Notes under the pieces: generated by a model
What the model was told of the DNA's origin: nothing
The model's database searches: none
The model's input: only the letters and a program-made list of their open reading frames with translations
Shown: positions 50,315 to 63,124 of the stretch, in pieces
Layout of the letters: the number at the start of each line of letters is the position of its first letter
Position numbering within the stretch: the first letter of the stretch is position 1
Assembly: GCF_032444005.1 (NCBI RefSeq)
Contig: NC_091284.1
Span: 91,884,001-91,948,000, forward strand
Length of the DNA: 64,000 nt
Direction of reading: 5' to 3'
DNA from: Ranitomeya imitator
Lineage: Eukaryota
Position numbers and translations under genes: made by a program

Positions 50315-51398
50315 GGGTATGTTCACACGTTCAGGATTTCCATCCTTTTTTTTTCCTGACTGTTTTTTAAAAAACTGCAGCTCTTGGCAGAAAACGCAGG
50401 TCCTTTTTTTGGTCCTTTTTTGGTCCGTTTTTGATGCGTTTTTTGATGCGTTTTTTGATGCGTTTTTTTGATGCAGTTTTCTAGCCAGAGTCTGTGTGTT
50501 TTCTAGGAATTTTTTTAGGGTTAAAATGGCTGAAAATACCCTAACCCTACCCCTAACCCTAACCGTACCCCTAACCCTACCCCTACCCCTATTCTAACCT
50601 TAGTGAAAAAAAAAAAAAAAAAAATTCTTTATTTTTTTTATTGTCCCTACCTATGGGGGTGACAAAGGGGGGGGGGGGTGTCATTTACTATTTTTTTATT
50701 TTGATCACTGAGATAGGTTATATCTCAGTGATCAAAATGCACTTTGGAACGAATCTGCCGGCCGGCAGATTCGGCGGGCGCACTGCGCATGCGCCCGCCA
50801 TATCTGCCGGCCGGCAGATTCGGCGGGCGCACTGCGCATGCGCCCGCCATTTTGCAAGATGGCGGCGCCCAGGGAGAAGACGGCCGGACGGACACCGGGA
50901 CGCCGGGTGAGTATAAGGGGGGGGAGATTAGGGCACGGGGGGGGCATCAGAGCACTGGGGGGGGGGGCATCGGAGCACTGGGGGGGGGCATCGGAGCACG
51001 GGGGGGCGGGATCGGAGCACGGGGGGGGCAGCCACACTCCGCCCACGCACTTCCGCCCGCTCCCCGCACTTCCTGCTGCAGCGGTTCTGCACATCAAACC
51101 GCAGTAAAACCCGCAGATATATTTTTGATCTGCGGGTTTTACTGCGGTTTGGACCTCACAATGGAGGTCTATGGGTGCAGAACCGCTGCGGCTCCGGAAA
51201 AAGAATTGACATGCTCCTTCTTTTTTCCGGGAGCTATTCAGCGCGTCTTTTTTTTTACAATTTCCGGACCATGTGCACAGTGTGTCCTGTTTTCCATAGG
51301 GTACAGTGTACTGTACCCTGCATGGAAAACAGCCGCGGAACCGCAGCGGCAAAACCGCCGCGGTTCCGCGGTAAAAAACGCACTGTGTGAACATGGCC
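50315..51398. mobile_element. Composite element: Harbinger-like ends around a piggyBac-like internal module with CCCTAA repeats
   Basis: Ends GGGTATGTTCACAC / GTGTGAACATGGCC with mismatched TAA/TTA flanks; the interior ~50520-50880 is homologous to ~5910-6280. Confidence 0.6.
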
Positions 51399-53345
51399 TT
51401 AAAGTCTGAAAAATCATCAGCTCCATGGAACAACAACATGAGACCAAAAGGAGCAGCTCAAGGGTCATGACGAGCGAGAAAACATGGTTAAGTGGGTCAG
51501 TGATATCCATGAAGGCCAAATGAGACAACTAAAGGCTAATTGCCAGGTATATGTACATGTAATATTCATGAGCGCAGCAGTGAGCACAGTGGGTGCAGCC
51601 GCTCGCTCCGATCATTATATACGGTAAGTATGGGAATTACGTGGGAGGTGAATGACAAGTTCTCCTGAGTAGGATGCAAGGTGCGCACTCTGCTGATGTC
51701 ACCTGCCATCTTCTTCTGCAGCAACTTCACGGCGCTGGTAAATTTCAGTGTGCAGAATACACGACCGTACCCATAATTACTGGGATATTTATTATTTATT
51801 GAGTATTGTACAAAAACAACGCCACGTGTCCGTAAATTGTGTGTGACTTGTCGCCAGGAACATTGACTTCAATGGAGCCGACCTGTAATACCACACAACC
51901 TGTGTTAAAGATTTTGGAAGAAAGCAGCCATGTCATTATAATCCTGGACTACTCCATAATAAATGCACAAAACGACTGTTCAAACCAACCACAGGCACTT
52001 GGTGCTCCCGGTGTGTACATTCCCACTTTCTTACTTTACAAGCATTTCCACCATTTCTCTTCTTTATTTGACAGCTCTGGCTTCACAGGAGGACAGAAAT
52101 AACTTGAAAACAAGTAAATGGGGCGGTGCACTAACTATTAGGCCACGCCAAGTATTGCACCGAGGCATGTGCTTTGTTTGAACAGTTATTTTGTGCTGAC
52201 AGACTCCCCTAGAGTCACTACTTTTTCGATGCTATGTTCTGTCAATGATGGCGGCCAGGACCGGATCACAGTCTGCAGTGTCCTGTAGGCAGGGTAATAT
52301 CAGATGAACACACCACCCATGTTTTGGAAAGAGAAAAAAGCAGTATAAAAATTTGATAATACTGCCGAAATAATAGTGCTACCTGGTGCCCAAATGAGGA
52401 CCCATTTTGATAATGAATAGTGGAAGGGCTTTTCTGTAGCCATAGGGGAAAGGGCAGCCAAATTCTGCTGATGGTACCAGACTAGGTGGATTTTCATGCC
52501 GTGGTTTTCCAGTTTACTAGAATACGGTATATAACCAGAGCCAATCTCCCTGAAAACATCGAAGACCAGCACCCACACTGCATTTGCCAAAGCAAATAAC
52601 AGGGACATGGATTTGTAGAACATGAAGCAATTTCTCGTCTTCTCCATTCTTCAGGCTGTTGCACAATGTTCCTTTCCGTCTCCACAGAGAATTATGTGCA
52701 TAGATTGATAATCAGAAAGAGGTGGATGCTCAATCGAAAACCAAGACACCATGTAAAATGGTGCCTATGTACAATGTAGGCCACAAAGCGCTGTCTGATA
52801 CGCTGCATAATGGCCACTACCTCCCATCAGAGGACTCTGACTTATGGTGGAGACTATCAGACCTGCCAAAATGGCTTATGGAGGCTCCAAACACGACCAA
52901 AATGAAAATTCAGGGGATCATAGATGTAAGAAGACCGTACAAATGAGACACATAGCCAGATGGCTGAACCATTTTTATGCAGACGCTGCTGTACACAATT
53001 TGGGCCACACTGGTACATTTCTTCTAGCCATACATGTCCAATGACACGAGTGAAGGATGAACCATCTTTCTGGGAAAGATCTTACAAGGACTAGTAACTA
53101 TCAGTTGAAAATTTTCAGCACAGTTGACTTCTTTCCAGACACGGATGGTGTGCCATTCCTCGGCTGGGTCGGTTTTGTTTAAATGACCCCAACTGACTGT
53201 TTGGGTTGAAATTGGCCTTTTTGATGAACTAAAACGTGTCCATACATATTAAAGAGATTGGTTGGCAGTCAGACCGTATCTCCGAAATGCCTTGCTCATG
53301 CACGCTCTGCTCAGTTGAGTGGCTTCAATGGGGAGAAAAGAGTAA

Positions 53346-53674
53346 GGCTGGGTTCACATTGCATTTATATGGCATGTTAGATTGACTGCGTTACACCGCG
53401 GCATAACGCGATATAACGCAGTCCATTAACGCTGCCATTAACCCCTATTTCGGGCGCATCGCCAACGCATGCCATAATGGGCGTGCGCTAGCGATGTGCT
53501 GTAATTGAGTGAAGGACCCTCGGATGCGGGCTTTTCCGGGTCCGTCACCGCTAGTGCAGAGAGAGCATCTGCTAGCTCCATCTGGGCTAGCGCGATCGCA
53601 TTTCGGCACTTGCCTTAACGCAGTCCATTTAACGCATGCGTTGATCGGGCTGCTTTAATGCAATGTGAACCTAG
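53346..53674. mobile_element. Harbinger-type MITE
   Basis: TAA|GGCTGGGTTCACATTGC..GCAATGTGAACCTAG|TAA. Confidence 0.72.
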
Positions 53675-55403
53675 TAAAACACCTCTAGGACAGGCTAATC
53701 TCACAAGGAAAGAAAAGGATCAGGCTCGTCCAGTCCTTCTACTACCACATTACCCGTCAAAAGGCTTTAGACTCGTTAGTATGGGCACTTTCACCTACAG
53801 ATATACAGGGTTTCTTTCACTCTGCACCAATTAATCTGGTTACCAGAAGCAGTACACAGCGTATACAGCAAGGAACTACTAGTTTGTATGTGCATATTTA
53901 AAGTGCACCTACCTCATCTACATATACAATGGCAGGACCCGGGCCCTTAGGAGGGTAACTCGTGGCATTACCAGGCCGCAGGTATAGCTTCCCTTGTTAA
54001 TTTGTGGTGGGACAGAGTTTTCCCGCCATTTTTTTATATATATTCTGAGGAGAGACATTGGTGGTGGGCCTGTCCAGTCAGCTGCACGTTGCTGGGTGAA
54101 GGGTAGCTTTCTCCCCAGTGAGGTGCGCTGATAAGACAGCCAGTCTGGGATGAAGGAATGAAGAGGGGGCAGAGATGAGGGGAAGTGGTCTTTCCTCATC
54201 ACTGCCATACCTAAAGGGCTGACCGCCCTCTCTCACTTACTTATATTTCGTCACGCACCTGTGGGCAAATCATTCAGGGAACTGAGCGGACAGCATGATG
54301 GTGAATGGTAAACGGGCTTGAGCTTTGGCTAAGCTGCGGTATGGTTTATGAAGTTATTGAGTTATATAGTTAAATTTAATAAAGGCCGTACCCAAAACCT
54401 TCCATTTAAGAGTCAACGTGTCCTGTATTTTATTATGCTGATATTTATTGCCTTAAAGGTCTTTAGTATGTACAGATCATAGGCTGTGTAATGCCAGTCT
54501 GTACAAACCTTGCCATCATTATAGGGACTGTCAGCACAGAACAACTGTTCAACCCATGGCAGACAAACATTTAATTATACATTGCCACCTGCTGGTTTTC
54601 CATATCTCTTCCCTTCTCTATGAAGCCAGAGCTGTGGGGTGGGAGCTAGAGCAGGTGGGGAGGTGTATATAAATGATTGGCCCCGCCATGATACACCGAG
54701 TGGCGGGAATTAGTTTGAACAGTGCTGACAGCGTCCCTTTAACAAAAGTGTCTGATATTAAAGGGTTTTTCTACTAATGGACATAGGGTAGTGAGATGAA
54801 ATGCGGCGCTAGTCCGGAAAGAAAGTATAGATTTTTGTTTGTTTAGTGAAGCAGTCTGCAGCAATTAAGAAGGGGATGTCCACAATTAGAAGTAAAGGCT
54901 ATACCTAATAGCTGCACATCCAACTCTTCCCTGGTTTCAGCCCTGCTTCAACATATCTTTTACACCGGGATCTGAAAAAATATGTTTGTTTTTCTCATCT
55001 AAAACTGATCTATTGCGGCTGAGAATAAATATACAAAAAGTGAACATGAGGTTCTTAGTGTAACATTCCGATCAGACTGTATGAGGACCACTGCCACGTG
55101 GCGGGGACCCTCTCAGTGGGTCCCTGACCTAAAAGGTGCAGCACCATGAGCGAAACACTCCCTCGATGACCATGCACCAGCAGGACTAATGACCTAGGGC
55201 CTGAAAGCACTAATGCTGCAAGGCCGAGTGCCCATGTATCCAGGTCACACCACCCCACAGACACAGCAACCGTGGCCACCACACAGCTCCAAGTCACATC
55301 TCAAGTCAGAGACCCCTTAGGTGTTCGCCGTGACGAAATGTCATCTATACCGCCATCCACTTCTCATGCACCCATTAGTGCAGTAGGACATTTGCACAGC
55401 TCT

Positions 55404-55423
55404 GCAGCGCCACCTACTGGTCC
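55404..55423 (-). promoter_or_regulatory. CTCF-like motif
   Basis: The minus strand TGGACCAGTAGGTGGCGCTGC fits CCASYAGRKGGCRS. Confidence 0.45.
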
Positions 55424-55611
55424 AGTAGTGGATGTTCATAATCTGCAGCTGTGTACAGAAATGACAGCATCTAGGCATTATTTTTGGGGTATAAACTCCT
55501 CAGAAAAAGAATAATGTTAAGAAGTATTGTCCTATACAACAAGGAGACTACTACTATGTATAAATAATGCAAAAAATCTTAATTGAGTCATCATGTTAGG
55601 GCATGTTAGGT

Positions 55612-55665
55612 TAGGCTATGGGTTGAACTAGATGGACTTATAGTCTTCCTTCAACCTTAACTATT
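55612..55665 (+). mobile_element. CR1-like LINE 3' tail
   Basis: GTTGAACTAGATGGACTTATAGTCTTCCTTCAACCTTAACTAT resembles recalled CR1 3' ends. Confidence 0.5.
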
Positions 55666-56867
55666 GTTGTATTGAAAAGTACCGAGAAAACAATAAAATA
55701 CAGGGAAAGGCAACATGATGCAGGATAAGGTATGTGGTATATTCGGTATGTCGTAGATAACTGCTATGCTGCAATCATTTCTTACATTAATTGTTGTGAA
55801 AGTGCAAATGGATAGACAACAACAGGTGAGGGAAGAACTAACAAGACTCATCCAAGGCACCTTATATATCCTAGTTCAAAGAAAAAAAGTTTAGGAGTGT
55901 CAAATGGAAAAAAAAAATCATGAAAGAATAATGTTGTTCATATAACTCCACTCCAAAATGAAAGAACAATATAAGCAATTCAGGATAGCTAAAATGGCCT
56001 TGTGTCCACCAAAGACCACCCCTGACGCGCGTTTTCATCAGATATACTTGGGTGATCAGAACTGTATTTCACTCTGCGAACTGGACAGTCTAGAAAACCT
56101 TTCTAGTATACGATTTATACAGAATAATTCACGTTCACCATTATTCCCAGGGAACTATCTGATTTAGATCCTGCTCCCATCGCTCCATGCATGGCAGTGT
56201 CTCCTTTAATGTGGTCGTTACTGGTGATCCTTATACATGAAGGAAAGACTTACTTTCTGTTGTCCTTAAGAATTTGGAGACCCAAGCCTGAGCTTCCTTA
56301 TTTTCTCTAATATGTTACCCTTTAGCTGTAAATAAGGGAAATTTTCCTTAACATCCACACCACAATTTACACAATTTAAAGAAAGCAGCAAAAACGTTTC
56401 GCATTCAGAGATTGTCTGCTGAGCGGACCGGGCGCATCCTACACTTCCCTAACATAAAAATGCAATGTACTAACTGCATTGTATGCAAGTACACATACAT
56501 ATAAATCTGGCTTCATGTCCATGAGATGGACTCAGGCAGTGGTTGTTAAAGGGGTTGCCCAGAACTTTTCAAAATTGGGCAAAGTATAGAAAATGAGAAA
56601 ATATGCATTATTCAGTTACTCAACCCCCCACCATTCCCAGCACCGCCACCCCGATTGCCCCATCCAAACACTGACCACTGAGGTCATATCCTGTACATGC
56701 CGGCATGAGTGCTGTTGATATTGACTGGCTGCAGCGGTCACAAGACAGACAGAAGAATTGTGTACAAAGAAAGAGGCTTCTGATTGGCACCAAAGAGCCC
56801 AAGTGGCGGTATCAATTATAGGCATAAGAGAGGCAGGTGGTAAGAAAATTATCTTTATTGTATTTAA

Positions 56868-57192
56868 AGGGACACTGTCACCTGAATTTGGAGGGAACAA
56901 TCTTCAGCCATGGAGGCGGGGTTTTTGGGTGTTTGATTCACCCTTTCCTTACCCGCTGGCTGCATGCTGGCTGCAATATTGAAGTTCATTCTCTGTCCTC
57001 CATAGTACATGCCTGCACAAGGTGCAATCTTGCCTTGCGCAGGCATGTACTATGGAGGACAGAGAATGAACTTCAATCCAATATTGCAGCCAGCATGCAG
57101 CCAACGGGTAAGGAAAGGGTGAATCAAAAACCCAAAAACCCCGCCTCCATGGCTGAAGATTGTTCCCTCCAAATTCAGGTGACAGTGTCCCT
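56868..57192. mobile_element. T2/Kolobok-type MITE (same family as 21636-21963)
   Basis: TTAA|AGGGACACTGTCACC..GGTGACAGTGTCCCT|TTAA, near-identical to the other copy. Confidence 0.93.
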
Positions 57193-57510
57193 TTAAGTGC
57201 AAGAAAAGGAGGGACATAAAAGCACTTAAAAAAGGGGATGGAAAAGTCAGGGGGGGGGAATGACGACCAACTATACAAAGTCCACATTATGATAATGGAC
57301 ATATGACAATGTATTATAGCATATCACTCAGGAACAGTATAATGCCTAGTGACAAGCCTATCCAACAACGTATAAGTAAGCTATCCCAAGATGGAAATAT
57401 CTGTAATGGAAGTCACATCAAGGAATCGACAAATAACCTGATGTAAAACCGCTCGGCAGAGTAACAAAAATAGGAGGGAGGAGAGTACTAAGCCCCACGC
57501 ATTACGCCAC

Positions 57511-57959
57511 CATGTAGAAGATGGTGCTCTGGTCAAATGAGACCAAAGAAGAACTTTTGGGGCTAAATGCAAAACATGTGTGAAAACGAACATGGCATAT
57601 CACTCTAAAAACACCATCCCCACTGTCATACATGGTGGTGGCAGCATCATGCTGTGGGGATGCTTTTCTTCAGTAGGGACAGGGAAGCTGGTCAGAATTG
57701 ATAGGAAGATGGATGGAGCTAAATACTGGATGAAACTGGAGGAAAACCTGTTAGAGGCTGCAAGAGACTTGAGACTGGGGCGCAGGTTCACCTTCAAGCA
57801 GGATATAAACAGATCACGAGAGGTACAATGGATGGTTTAGATTTAAAAAAAAATCACGTATGTGAAAGGCCTAGTCACAGTCCAGACCTAATTCCCACTG
57901 AGAATCTGAGGCTAGACCTGAAAATTACTGTTCACAGTCGTTCGCCATCCAGTCTCACA
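57511..57959 (+). mobile_element. Tc1 transposase fragment (Passport-like)
   Basis: NTIPTVIHGGGSIMLWGCFSSVGTGKLVRIDRKMDGAKY..LRLGRRFTFKQD. Confidence 0.85.
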
Positions 57960-58668
57960 GTCATGTCTCATTAAAAAAAAAAAATACATTTTCCAAGTGT
58001 GTTTAGATGGTTACATGAACTGACGTGAGTCCAGTGTGCGGGTACAGCACATTTTTAGGAAGCAATTCTTTTTAACTGACCAGAAGCAGAAACATATGGA
58101 CATGGATAAAAAAAAGCCAGTAAGTTAGGTCCCAGCAGCAGATTTATGGCTACGCCACTCGGTGGACTAATTTAATGAATGCAATTCAGCAAAGCGCTCG
58201 GCACATCCAGCTCTTAGCGGAGAGCGCAGCCCTCTGGCCACAATATGTAACAGCACATCGGGAAAAACACAGAACCCTTGCTGCATTCCTACCATAAGAG
58301 AGCATTCACATGGTTATTTTTCTGTGTTTTATCTGTGCTTTGCAGAGATAGAACCGGTGAACATCACAATTTTTGGTGTTATTTATGTTATTTTATGTTA
58401 TTGATGCAGGCTGAGTGTCGACACAATAACATAAAAAGACAAAAAGAAAATTCTTTTAGAAATAGTTTTGATCTGACTCATGGATGAATAATAAAAGTTA
58501 TATTTTGAGTCACAGAGGAAAGTGAATAGCGGCACCTGTATTAAAGTGTTATTCCTTTGTACAGAGGAATTGAGCCGGATTATAGAGCCTTTATCAGCAT
58601 AAATGTCCAATTTGGAGGTGCTCAGCATATATCAACATGAAGATCTAAATAATTCAGAAAAAGGTATA

Positions 58669-58870
58669 CGGCACTCACCATGGCACCTTGAATGAAAAGT
58701 TATTTATTTCATGACTTTCACCTTAGACGGTAAAGTGCAGAGGAGAGCGGGGAGAGAGGACGACGGCTGTTTCGTGTTACCAAGCTTCAATGGGTCCAGG
58801 TGAATCCTGGACCTAAGATGAAAGTCATGAAATAAATGACTTTTCATTCAAGCTGCCATAGTGAGTGCCG
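58669..58870. repeat. 58-bp inverted repeat enclosing a decayed hammerhead-like motif (possible Penelope-like remnant)
   Basis: Arms 58669-58726 and 58813-58870 have 4 mismatches; the loop contains minus-strand GAAACAGCCGTC. Confidence 0.55.
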
Positions 58871-58900
58871 CATAGTATTTTCTGAATTATTTAAAGTTAT

Positions 58901-59530
58901 ATTTTTAGAGCACTTCATGCTTCCCTCTGCTGACAAGCTTTTTGGAGATGGACATTTTATTCTCCAGCAGGACTTGGCACCTGTCTACACTGCCAAAAAT
59001 ACCAATACCTGGTTTACAAACAGCAGCATCACTGTGCTTGATTGGCAGCAAACTCGCCTGACCTTAACCCCATAGAGAATCTATGACGAATTATCAAGAG
59101 GAAGATGAGAGACACCGGACCCAACAATACAGACGAGCTGAAGGCTGCTATCAAAGCCACCTGGGCTTCCATAACCCCTCAGCAGTGCCACAGGCTGATC
59201 GCCTCCATGCCACGCCGCATTGATGTAGTAATTGATGCAAAAGGAGCCCCGACCAAGTACTGAGTGCATTTACTGAACATACATTTCAGTAGGACAACAT
59301 TTCAGAGGTTAAAATCATTTTCAAGCTGATGTTATAAAGTATGCTAATTTACTGAGATAATGACTTTTGGGTTTTCATTGGCTGTAATCCATAATCATCA
59401 ACATTAACAGAAATAAACACTTGAAATAGATCACTCTATATGTAATGACTATATGAGTTTCACTTTTTGTATTGAAGAAGTGAAATAAATTAACTTTTTG
59501 ATGATATTCTAATTTTGTGAGAAGCACCTG
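58901..59530 (+). mobile_element. 3' fragment of Tc1 element (same family as 42317-44939)
   Basis: Near-identical to ~44380-44940, with an intact right end ..GTGAGAAGCACCTG|TA. Confidence 0.9.
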
Positions 59531-59860
59531 TATTTCTGATTTTTGTGTGCCTAATAAAACTAATGAGACGCTGCAGACTAAAACACACAGAGAACAAATG
59601 GTTTAAAAGAAAAAGTATAAAAAAAAAACTCATGTGGTTATTTTTAGGGGGCAGACACAAAATGGACATATGTAAACTGCCCATTCTTCAAACGCAAGAA
59701 TAGCGCCCACCTATACATTTCCTATACCTACATCTATGTTGACTGTAGCTTATAAAAAAAAAAGTTTGTATAAAAGAAAAATGACAAAGTTCACCCCCCA
59801 AAACTATTTATGCACATGTAGCTCTTTCAATACCTTACATGGCATGTCTGATCCTCCAAT

Positions 59861-60150
59861 ACTGAGAAATCAGCATCTGAATACATATGCAAATGAGGCT
59901 GAAGTGCTTTCAACATGTGGAAGATCTTCCCAAGCCTATGTCACTCCAGCTCTATTCCTCGCCCAGCACTGCCTTTTCCTGCTTGACTGACAGCTGTGTG
60001 ACTTCAAGCATGAAAGCTGTCAGCGGAGCAGGAGAAAGTAGCACTGGCTGAGGAATACAGCTGGGGTGAGGAGGGGCTTGTCAAGTGCTTCTATAGGTTA
60101 AAAGCACTTCAGCCTCATTTGCATATCCATTTACACACTGATTTCTCAGT
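59861..60150. mobile_element. Palindromic MITE-like element with two octamer motifs
   Basis: Inverted arms ACTGAGAAATCAG..ATGCAAATGAGGCTGAAGTGCTT / AAGCACTTCAGCCTCATTTGCAT..CTGATTTCTCAGT. Confidence 0.65.
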
Positions 60151-61497
60151 AACAGAGAACAGACTGACCATGTAAAGCTATGTGTGCAGGTTGAGTATTT
60201 CCTTGCAGAAATTTCTGCAAGGTTTCTGTGTCTCTTGGCAGGAAAACCGCTGCAGAAGTTTTTTTTCCTGTGCATTCAATGGGTGAAAAACACAAACAAA
60301 TATTTAGATAGGATGACACTGAGCAGCGATCCGGACCCGTGAGAGCGGCTCCGCATGGATCGGGGCGTCAAACTGACAAGCCGGGAACACTGGAAACCCA
60401 GGTTACAATCAGAACATACCGCATTTCTCCTGCTGCTACAGTCGCCCTGGAACAGATACGACAGCGCCGCAGCCATCTGCCATTTCCTCTGCTTTCCATT
60501 AACCTCAATGCAGTAACTGTGTAACGGGCGCCTTTATTTCCAACCCATTAACAATGGCCCAGAGCGGAGGCTTCCGCAGCACTGACCTCTATCTGCTCCC
60601 CCCACACCCATACTAAGCGCCAGGGGCAAATCAGCGCTTATTAAACTAACATGGTGAGAAGATAATAGGGGTCGCCTTCATGAATAGTCCAGGGAGCGGG
60701 GGACTCACGGGGCGTAACTCCAGGTACAATATAAAGTGCATTTACCCTGCACACTGGGATACATTGCACAAACCAGCATGCAAACCAGCGGACCTCTCAG
60801 TAATAGCCCAAATTATTTGCTGCCTGTTATAATTACATTGAAAGCAGAAATATTAAACAATGTTTCTGGCATTTTATTACAGGTCTCCATTTTTTCGCCT
60901 ACGCTCCTAACATATGTATACAGCAAGTCAATCAGCACAACCTGGTCTCTCTGCATATATTAATGTGAATCTGAGCTGCCAGGATGATTGATATAATATA
61001 TACAGAACAAAACAGAAGCTCATTTTTTGTGATTCCCATGTCTCTTACTGCAAGTCAAATCCAGGTTAAAAGAAAAATCCCTGAACATTTCCTTACAGAG
61101 GTCATTTCACCATAATTGCTGGGTAAAATTGCAAAGTGTTCGTAAAGTAACTTTACAATTTACCTCTCAACCAAGATTCTCCGTTCTCAATAACAAGGGA
61201 TTCCTAATTCTATTGTGTACAGATTGTTGCCTAGGTTACCAACAACTTCTGCAATCTCAAAGTGGCAGGTTACCTAGGTAAGGAGGGCACAACAGGTGAA
61301 GGTACTATGAATTAGAACTTGCATCTCGCTGGATCCAAGGGTGTGTAGAGGAATCATGGCGCCCCATAGCAGTAGTCCGAGGGGTGGGGGGGTCATAGAA
61401 GAGCACCTCTCCCAACTTTGTTGCCCTGAAGCTTCTTAGTGTACCTCTTCTTTCATGGCCCCCAGAAAGTATGATGCCAAAAAGAGTGTCCCAAACA

Positions 61498-61850
61498 GTA
61501 TGATGGCCCCGACACAGCCCTCCGCACACTGTATGATGGCCCCGACACAGCCCTCCACACACACTGTATGATGGCCCCGACACAGCCCTCCACACACACT
61601 GCATGATGGCCCCGACACAGCCCTCCACACACACTGCATGATGGCCCCAACACAGCCCTCCACACACACTGTATGATGGCCCCAACACAGCCCTCCACAC
61701 ACACTGTATGATGGCCCAGACACAGCCCTTCACAAACTGCATGATGGCCCCGACACAGCCCTCCACACACACTGTATGATGGCATCGACATAGCCCTCCA
61801 CACTGTATGATGGCCCAGACACAACCCTTCACACACTGTATGATGGCCCC
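61498..61850. repeat. ~35-bp minisatellite, decaying to ~62050
   Basis: Unit GTATGATGGCCCCGACACAGCCCTCCACACACACT, about 10 copies. Confidence 0.9.
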
Positions 61851-63124
61851 GACAGTAGAATAGTTTCCACTGACCATCCAAACAGTATAATGGCCCTCAG
61901 AGAACCCTTGACACACTATGATGGAAGCCACACAACCCTCCACATTGCATAATGGCTCGCATACAGTATAATGGCCCCCATTAAGCATCCCAAACAGTGT
62001 ATTGGCCTCTCTATAGCCCTCCATACAGTATAGTTACCCCCCACATAGCCCTTCAAATAATATAGTGGTCCTCACAAAGTACTCAGATTTAAAAATAAAT
62101 GCTGACCTCTCCCTATTGCTCTGCTGCTCCAGTCTCTGAGCATGTCATCTGAAACATTGCATAAAAGGTGCGATGTAGTGACGTCATTGCACCCACAACG
62201 CTGAGACGACAGTAGCACAGGGAGAATGATGGAGTAGGGAGCTGACGGCTTCTTGTTCCATCATTACTTTCAACTGCACCCACATCCAGGATGCAAATAC
62301 AGTTTAAAGTGTGATGCCGAGTGGGGGGCACAACCCGTCCTCCTCCCCGATTCACAAGCCCCACGGCGGTCAAGTGATCTACTGCTATTAGCAGAACGCC
62401 ACTGGTCGGATCCCACCTGCTTCAGTCCAGTATGCTTCTTCCATGGTGTGGAGGTAATGAAGCCTCTGCTAGAGGCATGGGAGATCACTGACTGCAGACA
62501 AACAGCGCAGACAAACAGCGCAGCCATGCCGCTGGTCTGAACTGTCCATCTTCAGGATTGCACCACCCCAAGCAACCAGGAAGCCAGGAGTCAGAAGAGC
62601 AGTGTGCACCCGAAGGAGGAGTATTGGACAAACTCTTAAATGGCTTCTGTGCATATAAATTAACGTGTAGTCATAGGTAAAACCTTTTGTCATGATTTTC
62701 GAAGACTAGGGTAGGGTTGTAATGTGACGTACCACGGGACATCTCATTTAATGAAAGTCGTAAAGGTGCAATCCGCAAAATGACGATTGCAATGTAATAG
62801 AAAAGGGTAAAAAAAAAGAAGGAATTAGACGAAGGGAGTTAGGAATTCTGGACAATGATTACAGCTGAAGTGCACTGCACTGAATACCTTGGTTAAAAAA
62901 TAAAAATATATATCTTGGAGGGTCCAACTCCCTTTCCATTTTTTGACACATGCTCAGCATAGCTAATAAGGTGAAGAAAGAGGCACTCAGCCATCACGAC
63001 CTACCTATAATCTTAAGTGTGGATTCAGATGTAGAGTTGAGCAAATTTTTTAAAATTTAGTTCCGATTACGATAGGCAGCGAATAATGGTTTTGCAATAT
63101 TCGCCAAACACTGACGAACGTCAC

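Noticed and set aside
50732-51439. GC-rich overlapping ORFs of 221-235 aa
   Set aside because: They lie in a GC-rich repeat module with poly-G tracts, homologous to non-coding TE sequence at ~6100-6280.
60310-60480. ABR exon 1 look-alike (ATGCGGAGCCGCTCTCAC) and exon MAAALSYLFQGDCSSRRNA|GTATGT
   Set aside because: The resemblance stops after ~20 nt with no SWIDTLYS, and the donor is phase 0, so out of frame with exon 2. A non-coding exon is not excluded.
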